DNA of 64,000 nucleotides from Escherichia coli (GTDB lineage Bacteria; Pseudomonadota; Gammaproteobacteria; Enterobacterales; Enterobacteriaceae): NCBI RefSeq assembly GCF_001677475.2, contig NZ_CP015229.1; one strand, 5' to 3'. Shown piece by piece: positions 11,554 to 22,643 of this stretch (position 1 is its first letter; each line of letters starts with the position of its first letter). The notes under the pieces were generated by a model. It saw only the letters and a program-made list of their open reading frames with translations, ran no database searches and was not told where the DNA came from. The position numbers and the translations under genes were made by a program.

Positions 11554-12513
11554 ATGCGGGTTTTGATCGTTAAAACATCGTCGATGGGCGATGTTCTCCA
11601 TACGTTGCCCGCACTCACTGATGCCCAGCAGGCAATCCCAGGGATTAAGTTTGACTGGGTGGTGGAAGAAGGGTTCGCACAGATTCCTTCCTGGCACGCC
11701 GCCGTTGAGCGAGTTATTCCTGTGGCAATACGTCGCTGGCGTAAAGCCTGGTTCTCGGCCCCCATAAAAGCTGAACGCAAAGCGTTTCGTGAAGCGCTAC
11801 AAGCAGAGAACTATGACGCAGTTATCGACGCTCAGGGGCTGGTAAAAAGCGCGGCGCTGGTGACGCGTCTGGCGCATGGCGTAAAGCATGGAATGGACTG
11901 GCAAACCGCTCGCGAACCTTTAGCCAGCCTGTTTTACAATCGTAAACATCATATTGCAAAACAGCAGCACGCCGTAGAACGCACCCGCGAACTGTTTGCC
12001 AAAAGTCTGGGCTATAGCAAACCGCAAACCCAGGGCGATTATGCTATTGCACAGCATTTCCTGACGAACCTGCCTACAGATGCTGGCGAATATGCCGTAT
12101 TTCTTCATGCGACGACCCGTGATGATAAACACTGGCCGGAAGAACACTGGCGAGAATTGATTGGTTTACTGGCTGATTCAGGAATACGGATTAAACTTCC
12201 GTGGGGCGCGCCGCATGAGGAAGAACGGGCGAAACGACTGGCGGAAGGATTTGCTTATGTTGAAGTATTGCCGAAGATGAGTCTGGAAGGCGTTGCCCGC
12301 GTGCTGGCCGGGGCTAAATTTGTAGTGTCGGTGGATACGGGGTTAAGCCATTTAACGGCGGCACTGGATAGACCGAATATCACGGTTTATGGACCAACCG
12401 ATCCGGGATTAATTGGTGGGTATGGGAAGAATCAGATGGTTTGTAGGGCTCCGGGGAAAAGTTTAAATAATCTCAACGGTCAAGCAGTTTTGGAAAAGTT
12501 ATCATCATTATAA
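11554..12513 (+). CDS. waaC: ADP-heptose:LPS heptosyltransferase I
   Basis: 319 aa GT9 family; MRVLIVKTSSMGDVLHTLPAL. Confidence 0.93.
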   Translation: MRVLIVKTSSMGDVLHTLPALTDAQQAIPGIKFDWVVEEGFAQIPSWHAAVERVIPVAIRRWRKAWFSAPIKAERKAFREALQAENYDAVIDAQGLVKSAALVTRLAHGVKHGMDWQTAREPLASLFYNRKHHIAKQQHAVERTRELFAKSLGYSKPQTQGDYAIAQHFLTNLPTDAGEYAVFLHATTRDDKHWPEEHWRELIGLLADSGIRIKLPWGAPHEEERAKRLAEGFAYVEVLPKMSLEGVARVLAGAKFVVSVDTGLSHLTAALDRPNITVYGPTDPGLIGGYGKNQMVCRAPGKSLNNLNGQAVLEKLSSL

Positions 12514-12522
12514 AGGTAAAAC

Positions 12523-13788
12523 ATGCCAACCTTCATTAAACTTCATTCATGGAAACCTTACACTCTGAAATCATCTATGATTTTAGAGATAATAACTTAT
12601 ATATTATGTTTTTTTTCATTAATAATTGCATTCGTCGATAACACATTCAGCATAAAGATGTATAACATCACTGCTATAACTTGCTTATTGGCGCTAATTT
12701 TACGTGGCAGACAAAAAAATTACAATATAAAAAATCTTATTCTGCCCCTTTCTATAATTATTATAGGCTTGCTTGATTTAATTTGGTATTCTATATTTAA
12801 AGTAGATAACTCGCCATTTCGTGCTACTTACCATAGTTATTTAAATACTGCCAAAATATTTATATTTGGTTCTTTTATTGTTTTTTTAGCACTAACTAGT
12901 CAGCTAAAATATAAAAAAGAGAGTGTATTATACATTTTATATTCTCTGTCATTTATAATTGCTGGATATGCAATGTATATTAATAGCATTCATGAATATG
13001 ACCGTATTTCTTTTGGTGTAGGAACGGCAACAGGAGCGGCATATTCAACAATGCTAATAGGGATAGTTAGTGGTGTTGCGATTCTTTATACTAAGAAAAA
13101 CCATCCTTTTTTATTTTTATTAAATAGTTGCGCGGTACTTTATATTCTGGCGCTGACACAAACCAGAGCAACACTACTCCTGTTTCCTGTAATTTGTGCT
13201 GTTACATTAATAGCTTATTATAATAAATCACCTAAGAAATATACTTCCACTATTGTTCTTCTAATTGCTATATTGGCTAGTATTGTAATTATATTTAATA
13301 AACCAATACAGAATCGCTATAATGAAGCATTAAATGATTTAAACAGTTATACCAATGCTAATAGCGTGACTTCCTTAGGTGCAAGGCTGGCAATGTACGA
13401 AATTGGTTTGGATATATTCAAAAAGTCACCTTTTTCATTTAGATCTGCAGAGTCGCGCGCTGAAAGTATGAATTTGTTAGTTGCAGAACACAACAGGCTA
13501 AGAGGGGCATTGGAGTTTTCTAACGTACACCTACATAATGAGATAATTGAAGCAGCGTCACTAAAAGGTCTGATGGGGATTTTTTCCACCATTTTCCTCT
13601 ATTTTTCACTATTTTATACAGCATATAAAAAACGCGCATTGGGTTTGTTGATATTAACGCTTGGCATAGTGGGGATTGGACTCAGTGATGTAATCATATG
13701 GGCACGCAGCATTCCAATTATCGTTATATCCTCTATAGTCCTCTTGCTTGTTATTAATAACCGCAACAATACTATTAATCAAGAATAG
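12523..13788 (+). CDS. waaL: O-antigen ligase (K-12-type WaaL)
   Basis: 421 aa polytopic membrane protein, AT-rich codon usage; position after waaC. Confidence 0.85.
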   Translation: MPTFIKLHSWKPYTLKSSMILEIITYILCFFSLIIAFVDNTFSIKMYNITAITCLLALILRGRQKNYNIKNLILPLSIIIIGLLDLIWYSIFKVDNSPFRATYHSYLNTAKIFIFGSFIVFLALTSQLKYKKESVLYILYSLSFIIAGYAMYINSIHEYDRISFGVGTATGAAYSTMLIGIVSGVAILYTKKNHPFLFLLNSCAVLYILALTQTRATLLLFPVICAVTLIAYYNKSPKKYTSTIVLLIAILASIVIIFNKPIQNRYNEALNDLNSYTNANSVTSLGARLAMYEIGLDIFKKSPFSFRSAESRAESMNLLVAEHNRLRGALEFSNVHLHNEIIEAASLKGLMGIFSTIFLYFSLFYTAYKKRALGLLILTLGIVGIGLSDVIIWARSIPIIVISSIVLLLVINNRNNTINQE

Positions 13789-13813
13789 ACAAGTTTAAGA
13801 AGTGAGTTTTAAC

Positions 13814-14887
13814 TCACTTCTTATCTATACAAATTAATCTCTTTACTGAATCAGTTAAAATTTCAGTATCGATATCTTTTATCGTAAGTGTTGGAGATAC
13901 TATTTGTATAGATTGATGATTATTCGGGGCCCAAATTAAATGTGAGGGATATTCTGGTGTACGTGAATTAGGATAAAATGCAAGAGTTGGTTTATGATAA
14001 GCAGTAGCGATATGAACAAGAGCAGTATCAACAGAAATGACAAAATCACTATACTTAGTCAACGCGACAGTATAAATAAACTCGTCAAATGGTAGTGTTT
14101 CAATTTCAGGTATTGGTATTGTCAATAAATCTTGCGGTAACCCAGTAAATATCACTCGATAATTCTCAAACTGGACTTTCACTTCTTGATATATAACTTT
14201 TATTTGCTCAAACGTAAGTCGGCATATTTTTTTTGCACCTAATGGATTAATGATGACTATCCTTGTATTTCCAATAAAATCTATTATTTTATTTTCAACA
14301 TCTACAGGCAAATGCAAGTCGTAGTCGGTGGAAAATTCACCCTCACCATAAATATGCTTCAGTATTTCTATTGCTCGTGTACTCATATGTTCTTTTAAAC
14401 ATTCATCATGGGGATGGTAAAATGAATAGTAACGCTTATACCATTGATCAAAACCCAGAATGTAAGAATATTTTAAACTTGATAATATTAAACTATGCTT
14501 AAATGAGGGCATAGTTTCAAAGGGGTCTAATACAATATCGAACTGTAAATCCCGCAGATGCTTACATAGAGTAAGCATTTTAAGGGAACCTGTTGATTCT
14601 TTAATACAGAATCCAAATATATTTTTATTGTTAGAGAGAAACTCCCCACCCTTTCTATTTGTGAGAATAGTTATTTTAACTCCTTTACTATAAAGCTCAC
14701 GATAAATCGAACTTAATACAATTAAATCACCGAGTTTATTATTATCATGAATGATAAGGCATGATTTAACTTGTGCGAGATCTGTAACTTGATTATTGAT
14801 TTTTTTACGAAATAAAAAAGAAAGAAAATTAATCTTGATTTTGTTTATATAAAATCTTTTCTTTTTGTGAAAAGTTCCTAAACGCAT
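13814..14887 (-). CDS. waaU: LPS core heptosyltransferase IV (GT9)
   Basis: 357 aa; terminal gene of the minus-strand waaQ operon; matches K-12 WaaU (RfaK) in size and position. Confidence 0.75.
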   Translation of the reverse strand: MRLGTFHKKKRFYINKIKINFLSFLFRKKINNQVTDLAQVKSCLIIHDNNKLGDLIVLSSIYRELYSKGVKITILTNRKGGEFLSNNKNIFGFCIKESTGSLKMLTLCKHLRDLQFDIVLDPFETMPSFKHSLILSSLKYSYILGFDQWYKRYYSFYHPHDECLKEHMSTRAIEILKHIYGEGEFSTDYDLHLPVDVENKIIDFIGNTRIVIINPLGAKKICRLTFEQIKVIYQEVKVQFENYRVIFTGLPQDLLTIPIPEIETLPFDEFIYTVALTKYSDFVISVDTALVHIATAYHKPTLAFYPNSRTPEYPSHLIWAPNNHQSIQIVSPTLTIKDIDTEILTDSVKRLICIDKK

Positions 14888-14966
14888 TTTTATACCATAA
14901 TATTTTAGTTTCAGGATGATTAATTAGCATAAGAATCAGTTGAAGCTTTATATTCCATTTTTTTTC

Positions 14967-15782
14967 TTATCTTATCTTATCCTGTGACTTTGACTCTTCT
15001 GAACTGATATCGAGAGGCTTAATAAATGGAATTACATCGTAAGAAATAGCCGTATCATCTGACAAATTATAAATATTAATATCTTCTACATTATCACGCA
15101 TAAAACGGAAAAATGGCAAGATTTTAAACAAATCCCTACTCAATTCCGAGGGCATAGGATTGTTACTTTCGTCATAGAAACGAGTACAACTACCAGTTAA
15201 ATCAAGACCAGAACAAATAATCCGCGCATACTTCAGCGAATAGGCTATTTGGATTGCAGCAAAGGCAACGGTATGGCATGAACAATAACCGAGATTAATA
15301 TCCTTGCAAAAGCCAACCAGACGACCTTTTTTAGAAAAAGGTACAGAAATCAGGAGCTCTTTATGAATTCGGCTCAAAATATTAAACTTAATCTTCTTAA
15401 TCAATCCACCTTTTTCTCTGCGGTAAAATGAACGTAGTACCAAGCAGTTTTGAAGGATGTACCGTTTATCTTCTTCAGAAGCATGTTCATAAACATCAAC
15501 ATTTACGATGGTATAACGACTTCTCTGGCTAAATTTATAAAAATCATCACGTCGTTGATGTAAAAAGCGAACATCAGTAAGTACATAAATATACGGAATA
15601 ATATTATGACTTAATAGATATTGCGCAGAACCATTGACAGCAATAACATCCCTTGTCTGCAGCACTGACAATGGTGTTTTTTGCGATGTGGGGCCGGAAA
15701 GAAAAATAATAACATCATCAGACGTTTTACTTTCTATCAGGTTCTCAACATCTTTTTTGCCAATGTATCTAATATTCTTCAT
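14967..15782 (-). CDS. waaZ: LPS core biosynthesis protein WaaZ (KdoIII-associated)
   Basis: 271 aa AT-rich ORF between waaY and waaU as in K-12/R2 core types. Confidence 0.7.
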   Translation of the reverse strand: MKNIRYIGKKDVENLIESKTSDDVIIFLSGPTSQKTPLSVLQTRDVIAVNGSAQYLLSHNIIPYIYVLTDVRFLHQRRDDFYKFSQRSRYTIVNVDVYEHASEEDKRYILQNCLVLRSFYRREKGGLIKKIKFNILSRIHKELLISVPFSKKGRLVGFCKDINLGYCSCHTVAFAAIQIAYSLKYARIICSGLDLTGSCTRFYDESNNPMPSELSRDLFKILPFFRFMRDNVEDINIYNLSDDTAISYDVIPFIKPLDISSEESKSQDKIR

Positions 15783-15853
15783 GATAAACCTGTGAAATAA
15801 GAACTCCGCATAGAAATGTCCTGATGAAGACGTTTAAACGTAAGACGTTTACT

Positions 15854-16552
15854 TTATCGTGCTGGCTTCCCTTTCAAACGCCGCATAAGATTACGTATTT
15901 TTTTACGATAAACTAAAATATAATAACCGAGATCTTTAATCTCATTCTTAATACCATAATGTCGCTCTAAATCAATACGATCTTTCGCTTTACGTTGTGC
16001 AGATGCCCGTTTTCCTGAAAGATCAATAATGCGTACTTCACCATTTTCAATAATAAAATTACCACGGTGAGGATCACCAGATACCATACCATGTTCGTGC
16101 AATGAACGGATTGATTGTTGAATTTTATTTTTTAACGTTTCATCAATGTCGGGGATATCACACAACTCTACGCCATCGATATATTCGATAAGCATGATAT
16201 AAGTATGGACAAAACGTAATGTTTTCCGTTCTGCCAATAAATAAAAATCATTGAGTGTATTTAACCCTTCATTTCTTACTTTTTGGGTTTGCTCAAAAAG
16301 GCGTTCGTAATAATCACCTTTTAACAGAGACTTAAAGAAACGTTCGTTACGCTTAACTTTCGGAGAAAAAACCTTAAGAATCAATTTGCCGTAATCGGTA
16401 TCAATAAGCATAACTTTTGTATCATCAATAGAACGAAAAACCTTGATGATATTTATATTATAAGACAAGAAGTCATTTAATACATTGAGATACTTTGAAT
16501 TGTTTTCATCGGTAAAAACAACCAAGTCTTTGATCTTGCTCTTCTGAAACAT
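15854..16552 (-). CDS. waaY: LPS core heptose II kinase
   Basis: 232 aa; kinase-like motifs (HGMVSGDPHRGNFIIENGEVRIIDLSG); position. Confidence 0.85.
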   Translation of the reverse strand: MFQKSKIKDLVVFTDENNSKYLNVLNDFLSYNINIIKVFRSIDDTKVMLIDTDYGKLILKVFSPKVKRNERFFKSLLKGDYYERLFEQTQKVRNEGLNTLNDFYLLAERKTLRFVHTYIMLIEYIDGVELCDIPDIDETLKNKIQQSIRSLHEHGMVSGDPHRGNFIIENGEVRIIDLSGKRASAQRKAKDRIDLERHYGIKNEIKDLGYYILVYRKKIRNLMRRLKGKPAR

Positions 16553-16569
16553 AATAAACCAGTTAAGTG

Positions 16570-17586
16570 TTATTTACGGTAATATTTTCGGCAAAGATAA
16601 CAGACTCCTGCTATAATTCCTGAGATATAGTTATGCTGCACTAAAAGATGTTTATATCTTTTTTTAAATTCAATAATTGATTTTGCATCTCGTGGAGAGT
16701 CATCTTTCCATGGTGAATTTTCTAAAGCTATTTTATAGTATTTTACCGATGGATAAATTGCCCATTTGTGCCACGGTTTAGTTGCACCTGTATAATGAAT
16801 AAGCAGAGTACTTTCTGTAATCAGCTTTTTATAGTTTTGATGTGTTTTGTCTTTTAATTCACTTTTAATTGTATAAATTGTATTGTACTCACGAGGCAAA
16901 AATATTGTCATCCCTTTCAGTAAGACATTCATAACATCCTGATCAGGGTATTTATAAACATTATCTTTACTCATAAGAATAGACAACGCTTTTTCGGTTA
17001 GTTTTGCGTTAGCCCATTTTTTTAAATCTAAATAAACGACACCGGAATTAAAGTACTGCCCAAGTAATTCAGGATCAGACAACCTGGATGCCGCCTTTTC
17101 CTGCATTGGGTCAACATCTTTAACAACAGCAGCAACCGCTCCGTTTAAATCCAGATGCAATAGTTGGCTAATATCGCCTTTACAAACAACATCTGCATCA
17201 AGATAAAGCAAACGATTAAGCGTTAAACCCAATAATTGAAATGCAAATAAACGGAAGTACATTGCTCTTGACCAAACTTGTGTACAAGGCAAGCACTGAA
17301 GATTATCAGTATTTATTCTATAAAGTGTGATTCTTAATTGGTATTGCTCAGCAAGTTTTGCGACTTTTTGAAAGAAATCGTCGCTATAAACATCAGCAAT
17401 AATATAAAAATCAAGATTAACATGTCGATTATTGATGACAATTGAAGTAATGGATACACCTACAGCATCAAGATAATTTGCATCGACACCATAGGCAACA
17501 TTTAAACTTTCAGCAGTATTTTCATCAATAAGCCTAAAATCCCAAGCTTTAACTTTATCTATCTCTATGGCAGGAAATGAGTCCAC
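16570..17586 (-). CDS. waaJ: LPS alpha-1,2-glucosyltransferase (GT8; WaaJ, also called WaaR)
   Basis: 338 aa GT8 family (DxD region LYLDADVV); position. Confidence 0.8.
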   Translation of the reverse strand: MDSFPAIEIDKVKAWDFRLIDENTAESLNVAYGVDANYLDAVGVSITSIVINNRHVNLDFYIIADVYSDDFFQKVAKLAEQYQLRITLYRINTDNLQCLPCTQVWSRAMYFRLFAFQLLGLTLNRLLYLDADVVCKGDISQLLHLDLNGAVAAVVKDVDPMQEKAASRLSDPELLGQYFNSGVVYLDLKKWANAKLTEKALSILMSKDNVYKYPDQDVMNVLLKGMTIFLPREYNTIYTIKSELKDKTHQNYKKLITESTLLIHYTGATKPWHKWAIYPSVKYYKIALENSPWKDDSPRDAKSIIEFKKRYKHLLVQHNYISGIIAGVCYLCRKYYRK

Positions 17587-17625
17587 AAGGCTACCCTTAT
17601 ATCATTACTTTATAGTTTCCCAGTT

Positions 17626-18645
17626 TTAATTCTTTATCTTTTCAATAAAATAAAAAAGATAGTTGCTAAATCCTTTTAGATATCTATGCTTTTTAAGCAT
17701 ATGTTTTGCGCTATATCTTAATTGATTGCTATTATTCGGTTTCAGCAACGCCGTACTCTTCCATGGCGAAGCATTTTTTGCCTCCATAAAGGCTTGTGAT
17801 ACAGGATAATCCCAAGCCCAATCATGCCAGGGCTTGGTTGGACCGATATAGTGGATAAAAATAGTATCGTTGGTTACTGGGTTTGTAAAACTTTCTTTGA
17901 GTTGATAGTTTAAGCTAAACTGGGTGTTATATTTAATATCAGCAAAAATAAGTCTGTCTGCCAGCAACATATTTAATACATCCTGATCAGGATGTGTTAT
18001 TTTTTTGACTATTTCCGAATCATTTAGCATTGCAATGGCTCGTGCAGAAACCTGCTGAGCCGCCCATTGGTCAGTATTAATCAATAAAAAACCGGAGTTA
18101 AAGTAACCTTTAGCAATTCCCGCAACACCTAACGAATGTGCGCGTTTTTCCCACCAGTCAGCTTGCCCTTCTGTAACAACCATTGCGACTTTATCGTCAG
18201 GAAATGAGAATTTAATTAGGGGCTCAATAGTCCCCTGACAAATGATATCTGCATCCAGATAAAGGACTTTAGCCGCCTTATTAATAAAGTAATCTGCAAT
18301 AACAAAACGAAAATATATTGCATGAGTCCAGTTCTTTGTGCTAGGCAATGAGCGCAGTCGATCACCATTAATCAGATATATTTTAATTCTGGTTTTATAC
18401 TGCAACGCCAGTGCATCAAAATATTTACGATCATCATCACCAAAATAATCAGTAAAAATATGGAAGCACAATCGACTTCCTTCATTATACTTTAATATTG
18501 AAGCAATCGAAATTCCGCAACCAAATAGAAAATTTTTGTCAGTTCCATAAGCGATGTCCAGACAAAGATTTTCTGTTTCTACTTTATGATTATAATCAAT
18601 AACTGAATTAAGAAACTCAGTCTCCTGGAAAAACACCTGCTGCAT
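17626..18645 (-). CDS. waaO: LPS alpha-1,3-glucosyltransferase (GT8; WaaO, also called WaaI)
   Basis: 339 aa GT8 family (LYLDADIICQG); paralogous to waaJ; its start overlaps the waaB stop. Confidence 0.8.
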   Translation of the reverse strand: MQQVFFQETEFLNSVIDYNHKVETENLCLDIAYGTDKNFLFGCGISIASILKYNEGSRLCFHIFTDYFGDDDRKYFDALALQYKTRIKIYLINGDRLRSLPSTKNWTHAIYFRFVIADYFINKAAKVLYLDADIICQGTIEPLIKFSFPDDKVAMVVTEGQADWWEKRAHSLGVAGIAKGYFNSGFLLINTDQWAAQQVSARAIAMLNDSEIVKKITHPDQDVLNMLLADRLIFADIKYNTQFSLNYQLKESFTNPVTNDTIFIHYIGPTKPWHDWAWDYPVSQAFMEAKNASPWKSTALLKPNNSNQLRYSAKHMLKKHRYLKGFSNYLFYFIEKIKN

Positions 18646-19724
18646 TATTTCCTCCGGGAAATAGCAGAAATAATTATCTTATGTAATCTATCGTAATACT
18701 TCGATTTATAAAACTTATCGATCGACTCAGGAATTTTTTCATGTTCGATATGAATTTCACCTGCTATATATTTATTGAGAAGAGTTACAAAACCAGCAAT
18801 ATCTCCCGGTTGATACAGATGACCATTAACATCAGGTTGAATAATGTCAGCAGGCCCGGAGACACAATCGGCGCTGATGCAAGGAATTCCCCATGACAAG
18901 GCTTCAAGTAGGGTCATTGGGAAACCTTCAAAAGATGACGTGAGCAATAACGCACTCACTTTTTTAATATCTTGCTGGACCAATTCCCAGGGATGTTGTT
19001 GCCAACCATACCAGACAACTCGATCATCAATATTTAATTCTCTACCATAAGCCTGGCATTTTTCGAAATCGGAGCCATCTCCCAATACATGAAGTTTCCA
19101 GTCACCTTGCACTTGTGATAAGCCATCAAGGAGGTCTTTAACCCGCTTCTGGCCCTCGAATTTCATACGCCCAACATAAATGAACGTTGCCGTTTCACCT
19201 TCCTCAGGCCCAGGAATAACTGTGTCTTTAGCTTCGACTGGATTAAAAATAACATTTATCGTCGATTCTGGTACACCCCGATTAATCATTTGCTGTTTAA
19301 TGCCAGAGCTGATGGCTAAATGATAATCGGCACAGGTGATATATTCAGCATGTTTTTTGTGATCTAAAGAAAAATGCGGCCATGAAAATACAGGTACATC
19401 AATTCCCGATTTTTTACGAGCTTTGGCCGCATACAAACACGAGATCACGTCAATACAAATAACAACATCTGGCTGATAATCCTGAAGCCATTTGCTTAAA
19501 GCATGAATATGTTTCGCCCGACGCAAACAACCTAAGCGAATATTGGAAAATGAACACGAGTACTTAATACCGTCCAGCCATCCCTTATCCATTTTGTCAT
19601 TACGACAAAAGAAAAACATTTCACTATGGATATGTTGTTGCCTGAAGGTAGTAATAACATCACGAATGACTGTTTCCATGCCGCCAAATCCAGAAACAGC
19701 TTCGCCGATAAATGCTATTTTCAT
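18645..19724 (-). CDS. waaB: LPS alpha-1,6-galactosyltransferase (GT4)
   Basis: ORF 18645-19754; probable start at internal Met (MKIAFIGEAVSGFGG) giving 359 aa; GT4 fold. Confidence 0.8.
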   Translation of the reverse strand: MKIAFIGEAVSGFGGMETVIRDVITTFRQQHIHSEMFFFCRNDKMDKGWLDGIKYSCSFSNIRLGCLRRAKHIHALSKWLQDYQPDVVICIDVISCLYAAKARKKSGIDVPVFSWPHFSLDHKKHAEYITCADYHLAISSGIKQQMINRGVPESTINVIFNPVEAKDTVIPGPEEGETATFIYVGRMKFEGQKRVKDLLDGLSQVQGDWKLHVLGDGSDFEKCQAYGRELNIDDRVVWYGWQQHPWELVQQDIKKVSALLLTSSFEGFPMTLLEALSWGIPCISADCVSGPADIIQPDVNGHLYQPGDIAGFVTLLNKYIAGEIHIEHEKIPESIDKFYKSKYYDRLHKIIISAISRRK

Positions 19725-19767
19725 TGAAACTCTCATTAATTGAGTAAAACTCACTGTTTTAATGGTT

Positions 19768-20692
19768 TTATTTTTCTATAAAATCAGAAACAATTGTTGA
19801 CATCATTTTATCAGGGCTGAATTTATATAAACTATCATAATCCATTGGTTTAACAGATGAGTTAATAAAATACTCTAACTTATCCCAATCATCATGCCCC
19901 ATTATAAAAAAGCGAGATTCACTATAGATTTCTGAACCAAGGATATTTATATTATTAGTAATTAATTTTTTATTGAAAAATAGTGCCTCAAGTATACGAA
20001 GAGTCCAGCCAGATTGGTTTTCTTTAGTTATATCAATAATTATATTAGCATTTAATATGCTCTTCATAAGGTAATTGCTTTTCAATCAAATACTTTGAAG
20101 TCGGAGATGATGTCTTATCTTTGACAACATTAAAATCTAGCTTACATCCTAGTGCTGTTAATCTATCGGCTAATTCATTAATTATTTGAAGACGTCCTTT
20201 ATCACGACCAAGAAAAAAACATATTGGCTGACTGTTATTTTTGTCAGATAAACTATAATTTATAATTTCATCCATTCCTATAGGAAAAAATCATTTTATT
20301 GCCTTGGTCTTTTCATTCCCTATAAATCTATGCTCAAAATTATAGATAATATCAAAATAATTAGAGTTATCAAAAATAAAATCTTCGCTGACAGTATTTC
20401 TTAGAAGTAATAGTTTACGATAATTAATATTTCTTAATATTTGCTTGTTAATACCTTTATTAATGACACTGTCATTAAAGATAATTATATCATCCTTTTT
20501 TACAGCATTTAGGTGATGTTTGATAAATAATCGCCCCAACCATGCATTATCCATCCCTAATTTCGAAATTTTCTTATTAACCCAGTTGTATTTGTTTGGT
20601 GTTGTTATATTTTTTATCTTGTACTTTTTTTTCAGGTACTGGATCATCTTTAATTCATAATCTGCAACCCAGTTTATAAAATAAATAGTCAT
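19768..20692 (-). pseudogene. waaS: waaS homolog (LPS core biosynthesis) disrupted by an in-frame TGA and a frameshift
   Basis: Three consecutive ORFs (133, 76 and 105 aa) cover one locus between waaB and waaP; the first two share a frame and are separated only by TGA at 20291-20293 (reads ...[13 protein letters not shown]...); the third is in another frame; locus length 925 nt is not a multiple of 3. Confidence 0.6.
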
Positions 20693-20728
20693 AATGAAGT
20701 TAATTCCAGTACATACTGATAAATATTT

Positions 20729-21526
20729 TTATAATCCTTTGCGTTGTGTTCGCTCTTTAATATGCTCGGCCTTAACACTTGCCATGTTCAATAAATTCCG
20801 TTCAAGAGATAATATCTTACGTAAAGGCATCCCAAAATAAACCTTCATAAATCGCCAGATATCTCTCTGCGTTAGACCAATATTCATTGATGAGAAATAT
20901 AAACCAATCAAATCTTTATCCCGCCAACGACGTGGTACTTTTGCCCGTATCTGCGCGCGATGCAGGTCTATTACCGAAATTTTTAACCCATCTTCCCGGC
21001 CAGTAAATGGCAAATGGAGCAAAAAGTGGCAAATATAACAGTCGCGGTGATTTATCCCTGCGGCGTGCATTTTGTGCACCATGGTTGCCACACGCGCGAT
21101 CAGCATACGCTTAATATGTACATCAGGCGGGTTGACCGCCCAATCTGCACAATAATCTTCAAGGCTAATCGTGGGAGTGAGATCTTCGGTAATAATAAAT
21201 GATGTGCGAGTTAATGGATTTAACCCTTTTTCACCAAACCCTATTCCGTGCATCGTATCAACACCGACATCATGCAGTCGATGAATAGCGTGCCACTCTC
21301 TGTCTGCGCCTAAAACGGGCATCCGCAATGAGAGCAGGTTTTTTATAATTTCTTTTAAAGTCGTCCCTTTGTGCCACTTGAGGAAATAGCTTTTCCCGGC
21401 CAGTTCAAAGCGTAATGTGCGACGCGTCTCGAGTTCACGAAAGACCTCGCCATTCAGTTTTTTAACTTCTGCAAAGGCATCTTTACCACGCCAGAGTGTG
21501 GCAAGTGGCTCTTTTAATTCAACCAT
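20729..21526 (-). CDS. waaP: LPS core heptose I kinase
   Basis: 265 aa; kinase-like; overlaps waaG by 8 nt. Confidence 0.88.
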   Translation of the reverse strand: MVELKEPLATLWRGKDAFAEVKKLNGEVFRELETRRTLRFELAGKSYFLKWHKGTTLKEIIKNLLSLRMPVLGADREWHAIHRLHDVGVDTMHGIGFGEKGLNPLTRTSFIITEDLTPTISLEDYCADWAVNPPDVHIKRMLIARVATMVHKMHAAGINHRDCYICHFLLHLPFTGREDGLKISVIDLHRAQIRAKVPRRWRDKDLIGLYFSSMNIGLTQRDIWRFMKVYFGMPLRKILSLERNLLNMASVKAEHIKERTQRKGL

Positions 21527-22643
21527 CTAAACCACCAGTAATGATATCTGCCGCTTTCTCCGGCAAGCTATACAAATCCTGAGTATCGGCGTAATACCGA
21601 GCATTCTCCGCCCAAGCCATGCGCAATGGAGATTGAGTTAACGCTTTACGTAAAACGTCATTTAATTGTTCCTGGGAGAAAGGTTCAGCGATGACCGTTC
21701 CACAATTAGCATCCGCAATATAATGCGCGTACCCACATACCGCTGTTGTTAAAACAGGTAATCCAGCAGTGATCGCTTCAAGAAGAACGATACCCGCGGC
21801 TTCCTGATAAGCGGGATGCAGTAATAAATCAGCGGCTGCCATTAATTCTGACACATCATTGCGACCGGAGAAGAAATGCACATTGCTCCGCACGCCGAGT
21901 TTTTCTGCCAGCGCTTCAAACTTTCGCGGTTTATCCTGCCCAACAACAAATAACAGCGTATTGTGACGTAATGATTCCGGTAACGATGCCAAAGCTTCAA
22001 TTGAGCGATCCACACCCTTACGGCCAAAATCTGATCCAACCTGCAGTAATAAGTTTTGTTGTTCAGTGATGCCATTTTTCTGGCGATAAATTTCACGACT
22101 GTTTGGGATTTGCGCGCTGTATTTTCTGTCCGGGTAGATACCAGGAGGAAGAATTTGAAAACGTTCTGGTTCAGTTTGGTAATGCTTCTGGAAATCGGCG
22201 ATTTGCTTATCCGTCAGCATCATGAGTTTCGTCGGTTTACCATGCTCGAAAGTCGCTCGCTCAAATGCAGCATAATGGCGATAGCGTGATGTTAAACGAT
22301 AGAACAAGCCCTTTTCTTGCGCCACTTTCTCGGCATAACAGACATCAGCGGCAAAATAAACATCCAGCCCTGGCATCTTATTAAAGCCAACAACCCGATC
22401 AGCGGGATGTCCCTTCAGATGGTTTTGAACCCAGGCATAATATTCTGCATTACGTCCATGGTTAGTATGGGATTTAACCGGTACGCGAATAAGCTCAAAT
22501 GCATCCGGGCAATCGCCTTCCCACGACTGTGTATATACCCGAACATGGTGGCCCCGTGTGGCAACTGTTGAGGCAATACGCATAAAGTCACGCTGTAACC
22601 CACCAAATGGAAAATATTTATATAAGCAAAACGCCACGATCAT
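21519..22643 (-). CDS. waaG: LPS glucosyltransferase I (GT4)
   Basis: 374 aa; [20 protein letters not shown]; overlaps waaQ stop by 4 nt. Confidence 0.9.
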   Translation of the reverse strand: MIVAFCLYKYFPFGGLQRDFMRIASTVATRGHHVRVYTQSWEGDCPDAFELIRVPVKSHTNHGRNAEYYAWVQNHLKGHPADRVVGFNKMPGLDVYFAADVCYAEKVAQEKGLFYRLTSRYRHYAAFERATFEHGKPTKLMMLTDKQIADFQKHYQTEPERFQILPPGIYPDRKYSAQIPNSREIYRQKNGITEQQNLLLQVGSDFGRKGVDRSIEALASLPESLRHNTLLFVVGQDKPRKFEALAEKLGVRSNVHFFSGRNDVSELMAAADLLLHPAYQEAAGIVLLEAITAGLPVLTTAVCGYAHYIADANCGTVIAEPFSQEQLNDVLRKALTQSPLRMAWAENARYYADTQDLYSLPEKAADIITGGLDG

